From Bifidobacterium sp. (GTDB lineage: Bacteria > Actinomycetota > Actinomycetes > Actinomycetales > Bifidobacteriaceae), in contig JAIJEI010000001.1 in NCBI GenBank assembly GCA_022739095.1, positions 102 through 64,101 of the forward strand: DNA of 64,000 nt, written 5' to 3'. Under the pieces are notes generated by a model. It did no database searches. It was not told the DNA's origin and saw only the letters and a program-made list of their open reading frames with translations. Positions 8,456-18,049 of the stretch are shown one piece after another; position 1 is the first letter of the stretch, and the number at the start of each line of letters is the position of its first letter. The translations under genes and the position numbers were made by a program.

Positions 8456-10270
8456 ATGTTTGATGTTCTTTTCGCCGGACTGATTCACGGCAGCGCCTAC
8501 GCGCTGGTCGCGGTCGGCATGTCGCTGATCTTCGGCGTCACCAACGTGGCCAACTTCGCCCAAGGCTCCATCGTGGCCGTGGGCATGATGATTGCCTGGT
8601 GGCTCGGCTCAACACTGGGATGGGGCATCGTGCCCACATTCGTGGTCGTGGTCGTAGTCACCGCGCTGCTGGGCCTGGTCATGAACGTGGCGGTCATCGC
8701 CCCGCTCGAGGGCCGCAAGCCGATCGCGGCGCTGCTCGCCACCATCGGCGTCGGGCAGGTACTCGACAATGGCCTGCAGATCATTTTCGGGCCGCAGACC
8801 CGCCCGTTCCCGAAACTGCTGGACACCTATAACCTGCAGTTCGCCGGCGTGCGCTTCGGCACCTCGGACATTGTGATGGTGGTGCTCGCTGTCGTCTCGA
8901 TGCTTGGCTTGTGGGCGTTCCTCAAATTCGGCAAGGCCGGGCAAGCCATTCGCTTCACTTCTCAGGATCCCGAGGCCGCCATGCAGATGGGCATCCCGGT
9001 CAAGACCATCCGCAATCTCTCCTTTGTGATCGGTTCCGTGCTCGCCGGCGTCTCCGGTATTTTCGTGGGCCTGTTCAACGGCAACATCAACCCGATGAAC
9101 GGCGGCACCATCGGCATGACCGCATTCGTAGCGGCCACAATCGGTGGTCTGGGATCCATTCCGGGCGCCGTGGTCGGTGGCCTTGTGCTCGGTGTGGTCG
9201 AAGCGTTCGGCATCTCCCTGTTCGGAGACGGTACGCATGATCTCATCACCTTCGGTGCGCTGATCATCATCCTCATCATCAAACCGCAGGGCCTGCTCGG
9301 ACCGAAGACCGACGTGAGGTCCGAACCGCTCACCGGCACGTTCCTCGGTGGTGGCCGGGCGATCACGCTGCCATGGTGGGGTAACCTTATCGGCGCGGTG
9401 ATGCTCGTCGCCACCCCGTTCTTCTTCAACGACTACCTGTCCGGCGTGGGTACGCAGGTCGCCATCTACGCCATAGCCGCTGTGGGGCTGACGTTGATTT
9501 CCGGTTCCGCCGGCCAGACGATTCTCGGCATGGCCGGACCGTTTGCCGTCGGCTCCTATGCCTCCGCGATTCTGACCACTCAGGCGCACTGGCCATTCCT
9601 CGCGGCCTTGCTTGCCGCCGGCGTGATCGCGGCCTTCGCCGCCTCCGTGCTCACCTTCCCGGTGTGGAAGCTCTCCGGCCACTATGTTGCCATCGCCACC
9701 ATCGGCGTAGGCGCGGTGATGGTGGCCATCATCCGCCTTGCAGAGCCATTGACCAAGGGCTCGCTCGGCATCCAGGGCATTCCATTCCCGAAGGTGTTTG
9801 GCTTCACGCTGTACACGCAGCAGATGATGTATCTGCTTGATGTGATCGTGCTGCTCATCACGCTGGTGATCGTCACATGTATTCGCGCCACGCATCTGGG
9901 CCGTGTGTTCGAGGCCGTGGGTGCCGATCGTGAGGCTTCGGAGGCGTTGTCGATTCGCACCGGTGCCTACAAGGCACTCGCTTACGCATTGGCCGCGTTC
10001 TTCGCCGGTCTCGCCGGTTCGCTGCTCGCCCATCAATACACTTACATCGATCCGACGATTTTCAACTCGAATATGTCGATCCTGATTCTGACCATCATCG
10101 TGCTTGGCGGCATGAACTCACCGCTCGGCGCGGTGCTCGGCTCAATCGTGCTCATCGGCGCACCCGAGCTGCTGCGATTCGCCACCGATGCCCGCATCCT
10201 GCTGTACGGCGTACTGCTGGTGCTCGTCATCCTGTTCCGTCCTCAGGGCCTGTTCGCCCGGAAAGGCTGA
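8456..10270 (+). CDS. Fused LivH-LivM ABC permease
   Basis: YALVAVGMSLIFGVTNVANFAQG (LivH half), then LTLISGSAGQ and IIVLGGMNS (LivM half). Confidence 0.9.
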   Translation: MFDVLFAGLIHGSAYALVAVGMSLIFGVTNVANFAQGSIVAVGMMIAWWLGSTLGWGIVPTFVVVVVVTALLGLVMNVAVIAPLEGRKPIAALLATIGVGQVLDNGLQIIFGPQTRPFPKLLDTYNLQFAGVRFGTSDIVMVVLAVVSMLGLWAFLKFGKAGQAIRFTSQDPEAAMQMGIPVKTIRNLSFVIGSVLAGVSGIFVGLFNGNINPMNGGTIGMTAFVAATIGGLGSIPGAVVGGLVLGVVEAFGISLFGDGTHDLITFGALIIILIIKPQGLLGPKTDVRSEPLTGTFLGGGRAITLPWWGNLIGAVMLVATPFFFNDYLSGVGTQVAIYAIAAVGLTLISGSAGQTILGMAGPFAVGSYASAILTTQAHWPFLAALLAAGVIAAFAASVLTFPVWKLSGHYVAIATIGVGAVMVAIIRLAEPLTKGSLGIQGIPFPKVFGFTLYTQQMMYLLDVIVLLITLVIVTCIRATHLGRVFEAVGADREASEALSIRTGAYKALAYALAAFFAGLAGSLLAHQYTYIDPTIFNSNMSILILTIIVLGGMNSPLGAVLGSIVLIGAPELLRFATDARILLYGVLLVLVILFRPQGLFARKG

Positions 10271-10276
10271 TTTGCC

Positions 10277-12109
10277 ATGACTGATTCCGAGACCTCATTC
10301 TCCACAGTCGATGCTGTGACCGGCATCGACATCGACAACGAACGCCTGAACAACGCGGACGATCTGGCCGAATACTCCGAAAAGCACCGCAAGGCCGTAC
10401 TCGGTGCGCCCGTGGTGCTGCGTGTACGCGAGCTCGACAAGTCCTTCGAGGGTCTGCACGCCGTCAACAAGGTTTCTTTTGACCTGCATCAGGGCGAGGT
10501 CATCTCCATCATCGGGCCGAACGGTTCGGGCAAATCGACCACAATCAATCTGATTTCCGGGTTCCTGACCCCCGATTCCGGACTTATCGACCTCGCCGAT
10601 GAACCGGTCGCCGGACTGAGCTCCGCAGACATGTCCGAACGAGGACTGTCGCGCACCTTCCAGAACGGTCGTGTGTTCGGCGGCCTCACCGTCGACGAAA
10701 ACATCAACCTTGGCTATCACAAGCGACTGGTTGCGGCCCGTCCGTTCAAAGGCCTGCAGAAATATCCGATCGTGCGTTGGCTGCCATTGCTCGCCGAAAC
10801 CGGCGTGGCATTGGTGCCCGGACCGAAGGCCCGTCGCGAGGCGAACGAGGTGAACATCCGCGTGGGCCGTGAAATCGACCGCTTCCGCGAACGACTCGGT
10901 ACGCGCCAGCAGGACCTTGCCTACACGCTGTCATACGCGAACCGACGCCGTACCGAAATCGCCCGCGCCCACATCAGCGAGCCGAGGATTCTGCTGCTTG
11001 ACGAGCCGACCGCCGGCATGAACCAGTCGGAAACCGCCGAGGTACTCCAGCAGCTGCAGTACCTCAAAGTGCAGGGCCACACCATTCTGCTGGTCGAACA
11101 CAAGATTGACCTGGTCACCGCACTGTCCGACCGTGTGCTCGCAATGGATGGCGGCCGCATCATCGCGGAAGGCGCCCCGGACGACGTACGTAACGCCCCG
11201 CAGGTGGTCGAGGCGTACCTCGGCAAGCGGCGCGAAGTGAACCAGACCCGCGTCACCGGGCAGTCGGATGTGCTCGCGATGCAGAACTCCATTGAAGCGT
11301 CTCAGGCCACCGGTGCCATAGCCGAAGTGGAGGAACGTGACGCCGATGCCGAGCAAAACAAGGCCGAGACGTTGAAGGAAGACAAGGCGGCGTTGCTTGC
11401 CCTCGATGATGTGAACGTGTATTACGGGCAGGTCCATGCGTTGCAGAACGTATCGATTCGTGTGCCCAAGGGCGCCATCGTTTCCCTGCTCGGCGGCAAC
11501 GCCTCCGGCAAATCGACCACGATGAAGACGATTCTGGGCATCAACCACCCGAAAACCGGCTCGCTCTGGTATCAGGGACAGGACATCACCAAACTTCCCA
11601 CTCGTAAACGTGTGGAGACGGGCATCGCCGCCGTGCCTGAAGCGAGGCGCGTGTTCCCGCAGATGACCGTGCAGGAGAACCTGCTATCCGGCGCATATAC
11701 GCGAAAAGACAAAAATGGCATATCCACCGATCTGGAAGCCATGTACGAGCGTTTCCCGCGTTTGAAGGAACGCCGTACACAGCAGGCTGGCACGATGTCC
11801 GGCGGCGAGCAGCAGATGCTTGCATTCGCGCGAGCTTTGATGAGCCATCCGAAGATCATCTGCATGGATGAGCCCACGATGGGTCTGTCGCCCAAGCTCG
11901 TCGAGGACGTGCTCGAACAAATCGCGCGTCTGCGTGACGAACTTGGCGTATCCGTGCTTATGGTCGAGCAGCAGGCCGAACTGGCCCTGTCGATCGCCGA
12001 CTACGGCTATGTGCTGCAGAACGGGCGCATTCGACTGCACGGCAAGGCCAGTGATCTGCTCGGCAACGCACAGGTGCAGGAAGCCTACTTGGGAGGAGCG
12101 AAACAATGA
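10277..12109 (+). CDS. Fused LivG-LivF ABC ATP-binding protein
   Basis: Two ATPase domains: GPNGSGKST/LLDEPTAG and GGNASGKST/MSGGEQQM. Confidence 0.9.
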   Translation: MTDSETSFSTVDAVTGIDIDNERLNNADDLAEYSEKHRKAVLGAPVVLRVRELDKSFEGLHAVNKVSFDLHQGEVISIIGPNGSGKSTTINLISGFLTPDSGLIDLADEPVAGLSSADMSERGLSRTFQNGRVFGGLTVDENINLGYHKRLVAARPFKGLQKYPIVRWLPLLAETGVALVPGPKARREANEVNIRVGREIDRFRERLGTRQQDLAYTLSYANRRRTEIARAHISEPRILLLDEPTAGMNQSETAEVLQQLQYLKVQGHTILLVEHKIDLVTALSDRVLAMDGGRIIAEGAPDDVRNAPQVVEAYLGKRREVNQTRVTGQSDVLAMQNSIEASQATGAIAEVEERDADAEQNKAETLKEDKAALLALDDVNVYYGQVHALQNVSIRVPKGAIVSLLGGNASGKSTTMKTILGINHPKTGSLWYQGQDITKLPTRKRVETGIAAVPEARRVFPQMTVQENLLSGAYTRKDKNGISTDLEAMYERFPRLKERRTQQAGTMSGGEQQMLAFARALMSHPKIICMDEPTMGLSPKLVEDVLEQIARLRDELGVSVLMVEQQAELALSIADYGYVLQNGRIRLHGKASDLLGNAQVQEAYLGGAKQ

Positions 12110-12861
12110 GCGCAATCAACGGAAACGAGACAGCACTTCGCACAGCGGTGGTCACCGGTGCCGCCGGAGGAGTGGGCGGTGCGCTGGTGCGCACACTGGC
12201 CGCCTCCGGTGCCTGGCATGTCATCGCCGTGGCCCGAAAACAAGCGGACGTGGATGAGCTGAATGCCATAGATCATGTCGAAGCGCATCTGCTTGACCTG
12301 CTCGATGCCGACGCCCTTGAGAAATGGGGTGCAGGAATCGCCGAACGTGAAGCATCGAACGGAGGTGTTGACCTTCTGGCCAACGTCGCCGCGGTGGCCG
12401 TTGTCGGTTCGGTTGAGGAGACCAAGAACGCGGATTGGGATGTGACCCTGCGTACCAATGTGGTGGCACCGGCCGTGCTGAGCCGTAGCCTATTGCCTGC
12501 GTTGCGCGTTGCGCATGGTTCCGTGGTGTTCGTCAATTCCGGTGCCGGTGAGCGCCCCATCGTGAACCATTCCGTATATGTGTCCTCGAAGCACGCGCTT
12601 CGCGGATTCGCCGGTTCACTCAGACTCGAGGAATCCGTCGACGGCATACGCGTGGCCACCGTGTATCCGGGCCAGATCGCCACGAAAATGCTGCGTGGCA
12701 TCGATGAACGACTCGGCGTGGAATTCAACGGAGAGGATTACATTCAGCCGCAAACCGTGGCGGACACCATCATCTGGATTGCGAACGCCGGGCCGGATGT
12801 GCATATCACCAATATCGACTTGCGGCCGCGCCAGGAAGTCTCCGCAAAGTTTAATGTATGA
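12106..12861 (+). CDS. Short-chain dehydrogenase/reductase
   Basis: TGAAGGVG, YVSSK catalytic motif; ATGA overlap with the upstream gene. Confidence 0.88.
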   Translation: MSAINGNETALRTAVVTGAAGGVGGALVRTLAASGAWHVIAVARKQADVDELNAIDHVEAHLLDLLDADALEKWGAGIAEREASNGGVDLLANVAAVAVVGSVEETKNADWDVTLRTNVVAPAVLSRSLLPALRVAHGSVVFVNSGAGERPIVNHSVYVSSKHALRGFAGSLRLEESVDGIRVATVYPGQIATKMLRGIDERLGVEFNGEDYIQPQTVADTIIWIANAGPDVHITNIDLRPRQEVSAKFNV

Positions 12862-12914
12862 CAGTGGCAATCAAGTATTGCAAGTATTGCCGATACCCTT
12901 CCCGAGGAGGTACA

Positions 12915-14123
12915 GTGCCCGCAGCAGCAACCGTAGTGTCCGAAACCGCATCCTGTTCGGTACCCGTGACACTCTCCGATTCCCTGAACCTGGATTTGCA
13001 GGAATGGTACCGCTGGTTCCACCGCCATCCGGAACTGTCTTATAAAGAGTTCAACACCACGGCGCGTATCCGCGAGATTCTGGAATCACACGGCATTGAA
13101 ATCCTCGACTCAGGGCTCAACACCGGTGTGGTGGCTGTTGTGCGTGGCGCAAGCGCCACACCCGTTATCGCCTTGCGCGGCGACATCGACGGATTGCCTA
13201 TCACCGAGAACACCGGGCTCGACTACACCTCGGAAAACACGGGCGTGATGCACGGGTGCGGCCACGATTTCAACCTCACCGTGGCGCTCGGCGCGGCGAT
13301 TCTGCTCAATGAACGGCGTGACACGTTGCCCGGCACCGTCAAGATCATTTTCCAGCCGGCCGAGGAGGGGCGTGCCACCGCCCAGCGGCCCACCGGTGCC
13401 GTACAGGTGCTGAACACCGGTGTACTCGACGATGTCGAGGCATTGTTCGGTACACATGACGCGGCCGGTCCGGTTGGCGCCATCCTCATACGCGAGGGCG
13501 GCATCACCGGAGCCGTCGACAAGTTCCAGGTCACCATCCACGGCAAGGGCGCACACGCGGCCGAACCGGAAGACGGCATCGACCCGATCACCGTGCTGAC
13601 GAATGTGGTGCAGGGATTGCAGGCCGTCATCGGGCGTAATCTTGATCCTCGCCATCCACGAGTATTGTCCGTCACGCATGTCGAGGCCGGCAGCTCGTGG
13701 AATGTGATTCCGCAGTACGCCTTCTTCGAAGGCACCGTGCGCACCACCGAACCGCAGGATCGGGTTCTCGCCAAAGAGCGGGCCGTCGCCATCATCAACA
13801 ACACGGCCGCCGCCTATGGCGCCACTGCGGACGTCTCATGGTTCTTCGGCTCACCTTCGGTGTTCAATGACACCGGATGGACCCGCATCGGGCGGGAGAT
13901 CATCGCCGAACAAGGGCTTGCCGTGGGTGAGGACCGTCCTCAGCTGGGCGGCGAGGATTTCTCGTATTATCTTGAACGCAAGCCGGGTCTGTTCGTACAT
14001 ATAGGAGCCGGTCAGACCGGTGCCGCACACGGCCCGACGTTCCGTCCAGACCCGGCCGCCATCGGTTCCGGCGTACGTTTCCTTACCGCCATCGCATTGA
14101 GGGCGTTGGAGGAATTGCAATAG
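12915..14123 (+). CDS. M20D amidohydrolase (YxeP/SndA-like N-acyl-amino-acid deacylase), paralog 1
   Basis: FHRHPELS, RGDIDGLP, MHGCGHD, FQPAEE, GGEDFSYY; GTG start chosen after RBS GAGGAGG. Confidence 0.88.
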   Translation: MPAAATVVSETASCSVPVTLSDSLNLDLQEWYRWFHRHPELSYKEFNTTARIREILESHGIEILDSGLNTGVVAVVRGASATPVIALRGDIDGLPITENTGLDYTSENTGVMHGCGHDFNLTVALGAAILLNERRDTLPGTVKIIFQPAEEGRATAQRPTGAVQVLNTGVLDDVEALFGTHDAAGPVGAILIREGGITGAVDKFQVTIHGKGAHAAEPEDGIDPITVLTNVVQGLQAVIGRNLDPRHPRVLSVTHVEAGSSWNVIPQYAFFEGTVRTTEPQDRVLAKERAVAIINNTAAAYGATADVSWFFGSPSVFNDTGWTRIGREIIAEQGLAVGEDRPQLGGEDFSYYLERKPGLFVHIGAGQTGAAHGPTFRPDPAAIGSGVRFLTAIALRALEELQ

Positions 14124-14150
14124 ACGAGAGGCCTTGTATCATTTGGGTTG

Positions 14151-14214
14151 ATATCAGACAATAAGAAATGTTTGTATCCGCACGCAAGTGTTACGGGGTT
14201 TCATTTTTTACACT
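14151..14214 (+). promoter_or_regulatory. ATA-N7-ATA-N9-TGTA box plus -10 TACACT (14209)
   Basis: ATA TCAGACA ATA AGAAATGTT TGTAT; -10 begins 36 bp after the T at 14173. Confidence 0.72.
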
Positions 14215-14296
14215 GATTACCGTATGAATATGAACGTCCGCCGGCATTCCCGTACTTCTGATGGGACGGCGGCACGACACTGAGGGGAACAATTTA

Positions 14297-15592
14297 ATGG
14301 CGAGGGATTTCGTTACTGCGGCGATTCACGGCGGCTATGACCGTGCGGCCAATGGAGAGGCTGTGAATCCGCCGATCTACGCCAGCGCGGCGTTCGACAT
14401 GATCAGCGCCGCGCACGGTGATGCGTTGGCTGCCGGCGAAGCCGAGGGCTTCTCATACTCGCGTGTGGCGAACCCCACCGTAGACGTGCTCGAACGTCGT
14501 TTGGCGGAACTTGAGGGCGGTGTGGGCGCGGTGGCCGTCGCCTCCGGCATGGCGGCGGTGTCATTTGCCCTGTTGTGTGCCGCCGAGGGCGGTGGCCGCA
14601 TCATCTCGCCGACCAACCTGTATGGTGCCTCCGTCGATGCGATGGAGACCTTCTTCCCGCAGTTCGGCATTCATGCCGATTTTGTGCGTGACATCAACGA
14701 TCTCGATGAGGTCGCCTCGAAGATCGGACCGGACACTCGTGCCATCTTCGCCGAATCCGTGGCGAACCCCTCCACCGAAATCACCGACATCGAACCGTTG
14801 GCGGAGCTCGCACACCGCAACGGCATTCCACTGATCGTCGACAACACTGTGCCTACTCCGTATCTGCTGCGTCCCATCGAATTCGGTGCCGACATCGTCG
14901 TGCATTCCACCACGAAGGGCATCACCGGGCATGGCAACGCCATCGGCGGCGTCATCATCGATGACGGAAACTTCGACTGGGCCAATGGCAGGTTCCCGCA
15001 GTTCACCATGCCCGAACTGGTCGTCAGCGACGAGCGCAAGGGCATCGAGCACAGCTTCGTCAGCAAATTCGGCCGCGAAGCATACATCCGCCGCATACGC
15101 ATCAAATACCTGCGCACCTTTGGTGCGGTTCCCAGCCCGTTCAACGCCTACCTGTCGATGGTGGGACTGGAAACGTTGGCCGTGCGTGAACGCCAGGAGG
15201 TAGAGTCCGCCACGCGCATCGCCGAATACCTCACCCATGCGCCGCACGTGCTCAAGGTCAACTATTCCGGTTTGGGCAACACCGGGCAGTACGGGCTGGT
15301 CGCCAAATACTTCCCGAAGGGAATCGGCACAATACTGTCATTCCTCGTGGATGGCGACGAAAACAACGTGAGGCGTATCCTCGATGGAACCAGGGTATTC
15401 TCCTACGTGCCGAACATCGGAGACTCACGCTCGCTCATCGTAGACCCGGCACGCATCACCCACCGCGAGGTGCCTACCGAATACCGTCTGGCCGCAGGTG
15501 TGAGCGACAACCTCATCCGCCTGTCCGTCGGGCTGGAGGGAACGGACGACCTCATCGCCGATCTTGATCAGGCGATTGCCGGGGCGTACTGA
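14297..15592 (+). CDS. metY: O-acetylhomoserine/O-acetylserine sulfhydrylase family PLP enzyme
   Basis: YSRVANPT, ASGMAA, HSTTKGITGHG, NIGDSRSL, LIRLSVGLE. Confidence 0.87.
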   Translation: MARDFVTAAIHGGYDRAANGEAVNPPIYASAAFDMISAAHGDALAAGEAEGFSYSRVANPTVDVLERRLAELEGGVGAVAVASGMAAVSFALLCAAEGGGRIISPTNLYGASVDAMETFFPQFGIHADFVRDINDLDEVASKIGPDTRAIFAESVANPSTEITDIEPLAELAHRNGIPLIVDNTVPTPYLLRPIEFGADIVVHSTTKGITGHGNAIGGVIIDDGNFDWANGRFPQFTMPELVVSDERKGIEHSFVSKFGREAYIRRIRIKYLRTFGAVPSPFNAYLSMVGLETLAVRERQEVESATRIAEYLTHAPHVLKVNYSGLGNTGQYGLVAKYFPKGIGTILSFLVDGDENNVRRILDGTRVFSYVPNIGDSRSLIVDPARITHREVPTEYRLAAGVSDNLIRLSVGLEGTDDLIADLDQAIAGAY

Positions 15593-15615
15593 GCGGTTCT
15601 CTCTTAATCCCGATT

Positions 15616-15670
15616 CGTCGTATCCATGGCACGCGGTTTTTGCCGGATTTCATGGATACGACTTTTTTAT
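15616..15670 (+). terminator. Intrinsic terminator
   Basis: GTCGTATCCATG / CATGGATACGAC stem followed by TTTTTT. Confidence 0.75.
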
Positions 15671-15681
15671 ATCTTCACGTT

Positions 15682-15896
15682 TGTGGGATAGCAGATGATT
15701 TTGGCCGTCTTTTGCGTGCTGTCCCGCATTTACGCGGGATGCCATCAAGATCAATCGTTTGACGTGCGCGGCGTCCCGCGCTACCAATCACGGAAACCGC
15801 AGAATCATGCCATTTCCTATCGCGAAGGATAACCGCTCGTAGGAGACATTGTGGAACGCTAGACAAAAAACGTCGAAATTCGCATGGCGTCCCGCA
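15682..15896. repeat. Three degenerate 47-48-bp palindromic units (12-bp arms, 23-24-bp core)
   Basis: Units at 15682-15728, 15733-15780 and 15850-15896; left arms like TGTGGGATAGCA, right arms like TGGCGTCCCGCA. Confidence 0.6.
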
Positions 15897-15957
15897 CTCT
15901 ACACACACGCGAATTCATCTCTTCACCACGAATGACGATTTTTTGTAGAGTCTCAGC

Positions 15958-16021
15958 ATAATCATTCATAAGCGTTTGGTATAGCAACGCCGCCTTACGC
16001 GCGTGCGATGCGTGCTAGGTT
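15958..16021 (+). promoter_or_regulatory. ATA-N7-ATA-N9-TATA box plus -10 TAGGTT (16016)
   Basis: ATA ATCATTC ATA AGCGTTTGG TATAGCAACGCC; the downstream flank matches the 1959 site. Confidence 0.75.
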
Positions 16022-16163
16022 ATGGAATCAATACGAGGGGGATTCGTAGATGCAGGTACCGGCAAACCGGACATTGCCTGTCAATGTTGGACCGTTAGCG
16101 ATGTAGGGGGAATATCGATGCGGATTATCTCGGATTATCTATCCGGGGGGAAAGGAAAATGCG

Positions 16164-17337
16164 ATGAGCGTTTTCTCTGATCGGTTGGAACGGGTTAGAC
16201 ATGATGCTGCTCGACTCGGCATTGATGTGACAATTTCAACCAAGACAAGGCAAGACATGACTGAATAGACATGATGCTGCTCGACTCGGCATTGATGTGA
16301 CCGTGATGACCCATTCCACGGATTTTCGTTATTTGACGGGATATCCATATTGGTGCGATGAACGTTTATTGGCGTTGGTAATTCCACAGGAACATGCACC
16401 GTTTATCATCGCCAATCAGTTATATCGTCTGCAGGTCGACCCGTTGGAGATTGCTGACAAGGTGTACTGGCGTGATGGAGAGGACCCGTATGCAGCGTTG
16501 TCTGATCATCTTGCCGAAATCGGTGTGAAATCTGTACAACATATTGCGGTGGAGGATACTGCGGCAGCTATGACGGTGTTTTCGTTGCAAAACCATTTTG
16601 GGAATATCCACTACTCGCTTGCTTCGGCATTGATTAATCCGTTACGGCAAGTCAAGGATTCGTCGGAAATCAAATTACTCCAAGAAGCGGCCAATCGGGC
16701 AGAACAAGCATTACAGGCCACACTGTCACGTGGCACCGAATGGATTGGGCATACAGAGCGTGAGTTCGAACAGGAGCTTCAGCATCAGTTGCAGTTAGCG
16801 GGTGCTCCGGGAAGTGGTTTGGTGGCTGTAGGAGCCAATGCCGCGCAGCCGCATCATGTTGTTGATGGCACGCCTATCAAAGAGAATGATTTGTTGCTTG
16901 TGGATTATGGTGCTGAATTCCACGGTTATCATTCCGACGAAACCCGTACGGTATTCTTCGGTGAGCCTAGCAAAAAGTTCTACGAGGTGTATGACATAGT
17001 GCATGAAGCTTACCAGCGTGGCATCGCTGCAGCACATGTTGGCAATACGTTGGAGGACGTGGATATCGCTGCCCGCGCATATACCGAACAGCATGGCTAC
17101 GGTGAATACTTCACGCATCGGGTCGGCCACGGTATCGGTCTGGATACCCATGAGGGATTTTCCGTCAACACCAGTGTGAAAGATCCCATTGTCAGCGGCA
17201 ACGTATTTTCTGTTGAGCCAGGCATTTACTTGTCTGGCGAATTAGGCGTACGCATCGAGAGCTTGGTACACGTTAACGACGAGGGCCTGCCTGAGTTACT
17301 GCACCATCTGCCAACTGAACTTCGCATCATCAAATAA
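16164..17337 (+). pseudogene. Xaa-Pro peptidase (M24) frameshifted by a 70-bp duplication/insertion
   Basis: ATG 16164 with RBS gives MSVFSDRLERVRHDAARLGIDVT, then stop at 16268; removing 70 bp joins it to VMTHSTDFRYLTG; M24 motifs DYGA..SDETRT, HRVGHGIGLDTHE, EPGIY, GVRIES. Confidence 0.85.
16196..16301. repeat. Perfect 36-bp direct repeat separated by a unique 34-bp insert
   Basis: TAGACATGATGCTGCTCGACTCGGCATTGATGTGAC at 16196-16231 and 16266-16301. Confidence 0.95.
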
Positions 17338-17401
17338 TTCGTCAATACTCCAATCGCATGCATGGCATGCATACTCATGGAACATAATTAGGGGGAGGGC
17401 C

Positions 17402-18045
17402 ATGAAATCCACTATCACAACATCCATTGCAGCCGTACTGGCGCTGGGATTAACCGTCGGATTGGGAGGTTGTGGAACAGACAATGCCGCCGGTACTTCC
17501 AACGGGAAGAAAGATGAACAGCTTTCTGGCACGGTATCCGTGGCTATATTTGGTGGAAGTACAAGCAGCTGTTACAGCAATACGTGAAGCCTGAATTCCA
17601 CAAAGTTGCGCCAAATGTCAAGATTGTTTATACGGAAAGTATCAATTCAAACGATTACATTGCTAAAGCCATTGCCGAAAAGAATTCCAATAAGGGCACT
17701 TTTGATGTGTTGATTACAGGCTCAACGGGCACCGCACAATTGGAACAGTCCGCCAAATTGGCGAAACTCGATGCCGAGGACATCAGTAATCTCGCTAACC
17801 TCAAATCAGAATACAAAGACGACCAATACTTCGCCCCTCAGATTTACAGCGCAATCACTCTTGCCTACAACACTGACAAGATCAAGGACGCGCCTACCTC
17901 ATGGGATGTGCTGTTTAGCGACAAATACAAAGACAAAATGGGCGTGATGTCTAACCTAGAGCAATACTGGGCGTTCGCCGCTGCCTCCACACAGACCAAG
18001 AAGCCTCTTGACGAAAACTGGAAAATCGCAGATATCGTGAGGTAG
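17402..18045 (+). pseudogene. Polyamine-type ABC substrate-binding protein, frameshifted and truncated
   Basis: Lipobox LGGC; frame change near 17555 (FGG / YKQLLQQYVKPEF); LAYNTDKI..PTSWDVLF; ends prematurely. Confidence 0.75.
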
Positions 18046-18049
18046 ATCA

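Noticed and set aside
12858..12914. CxxC-containing N-terminus of the amidohydrolase
   Set aside because: It arises from a 9-bp tandem repeat (AAGTATTGC x2) upstream of a better RBS and the GTG at 12915
14124..14296. SAM or T-box riboswitch upstream of metY or the lyase
   Set aside because: I could not recognise the conserved riboswitch motifs, and the leaders after the predicted -10 are short
16196..16301. Functional mini CRISPR array
   Set aside because: The repeat is peptidase coding sequence, not a CRISPR repeat; kept only as a possible integration scar
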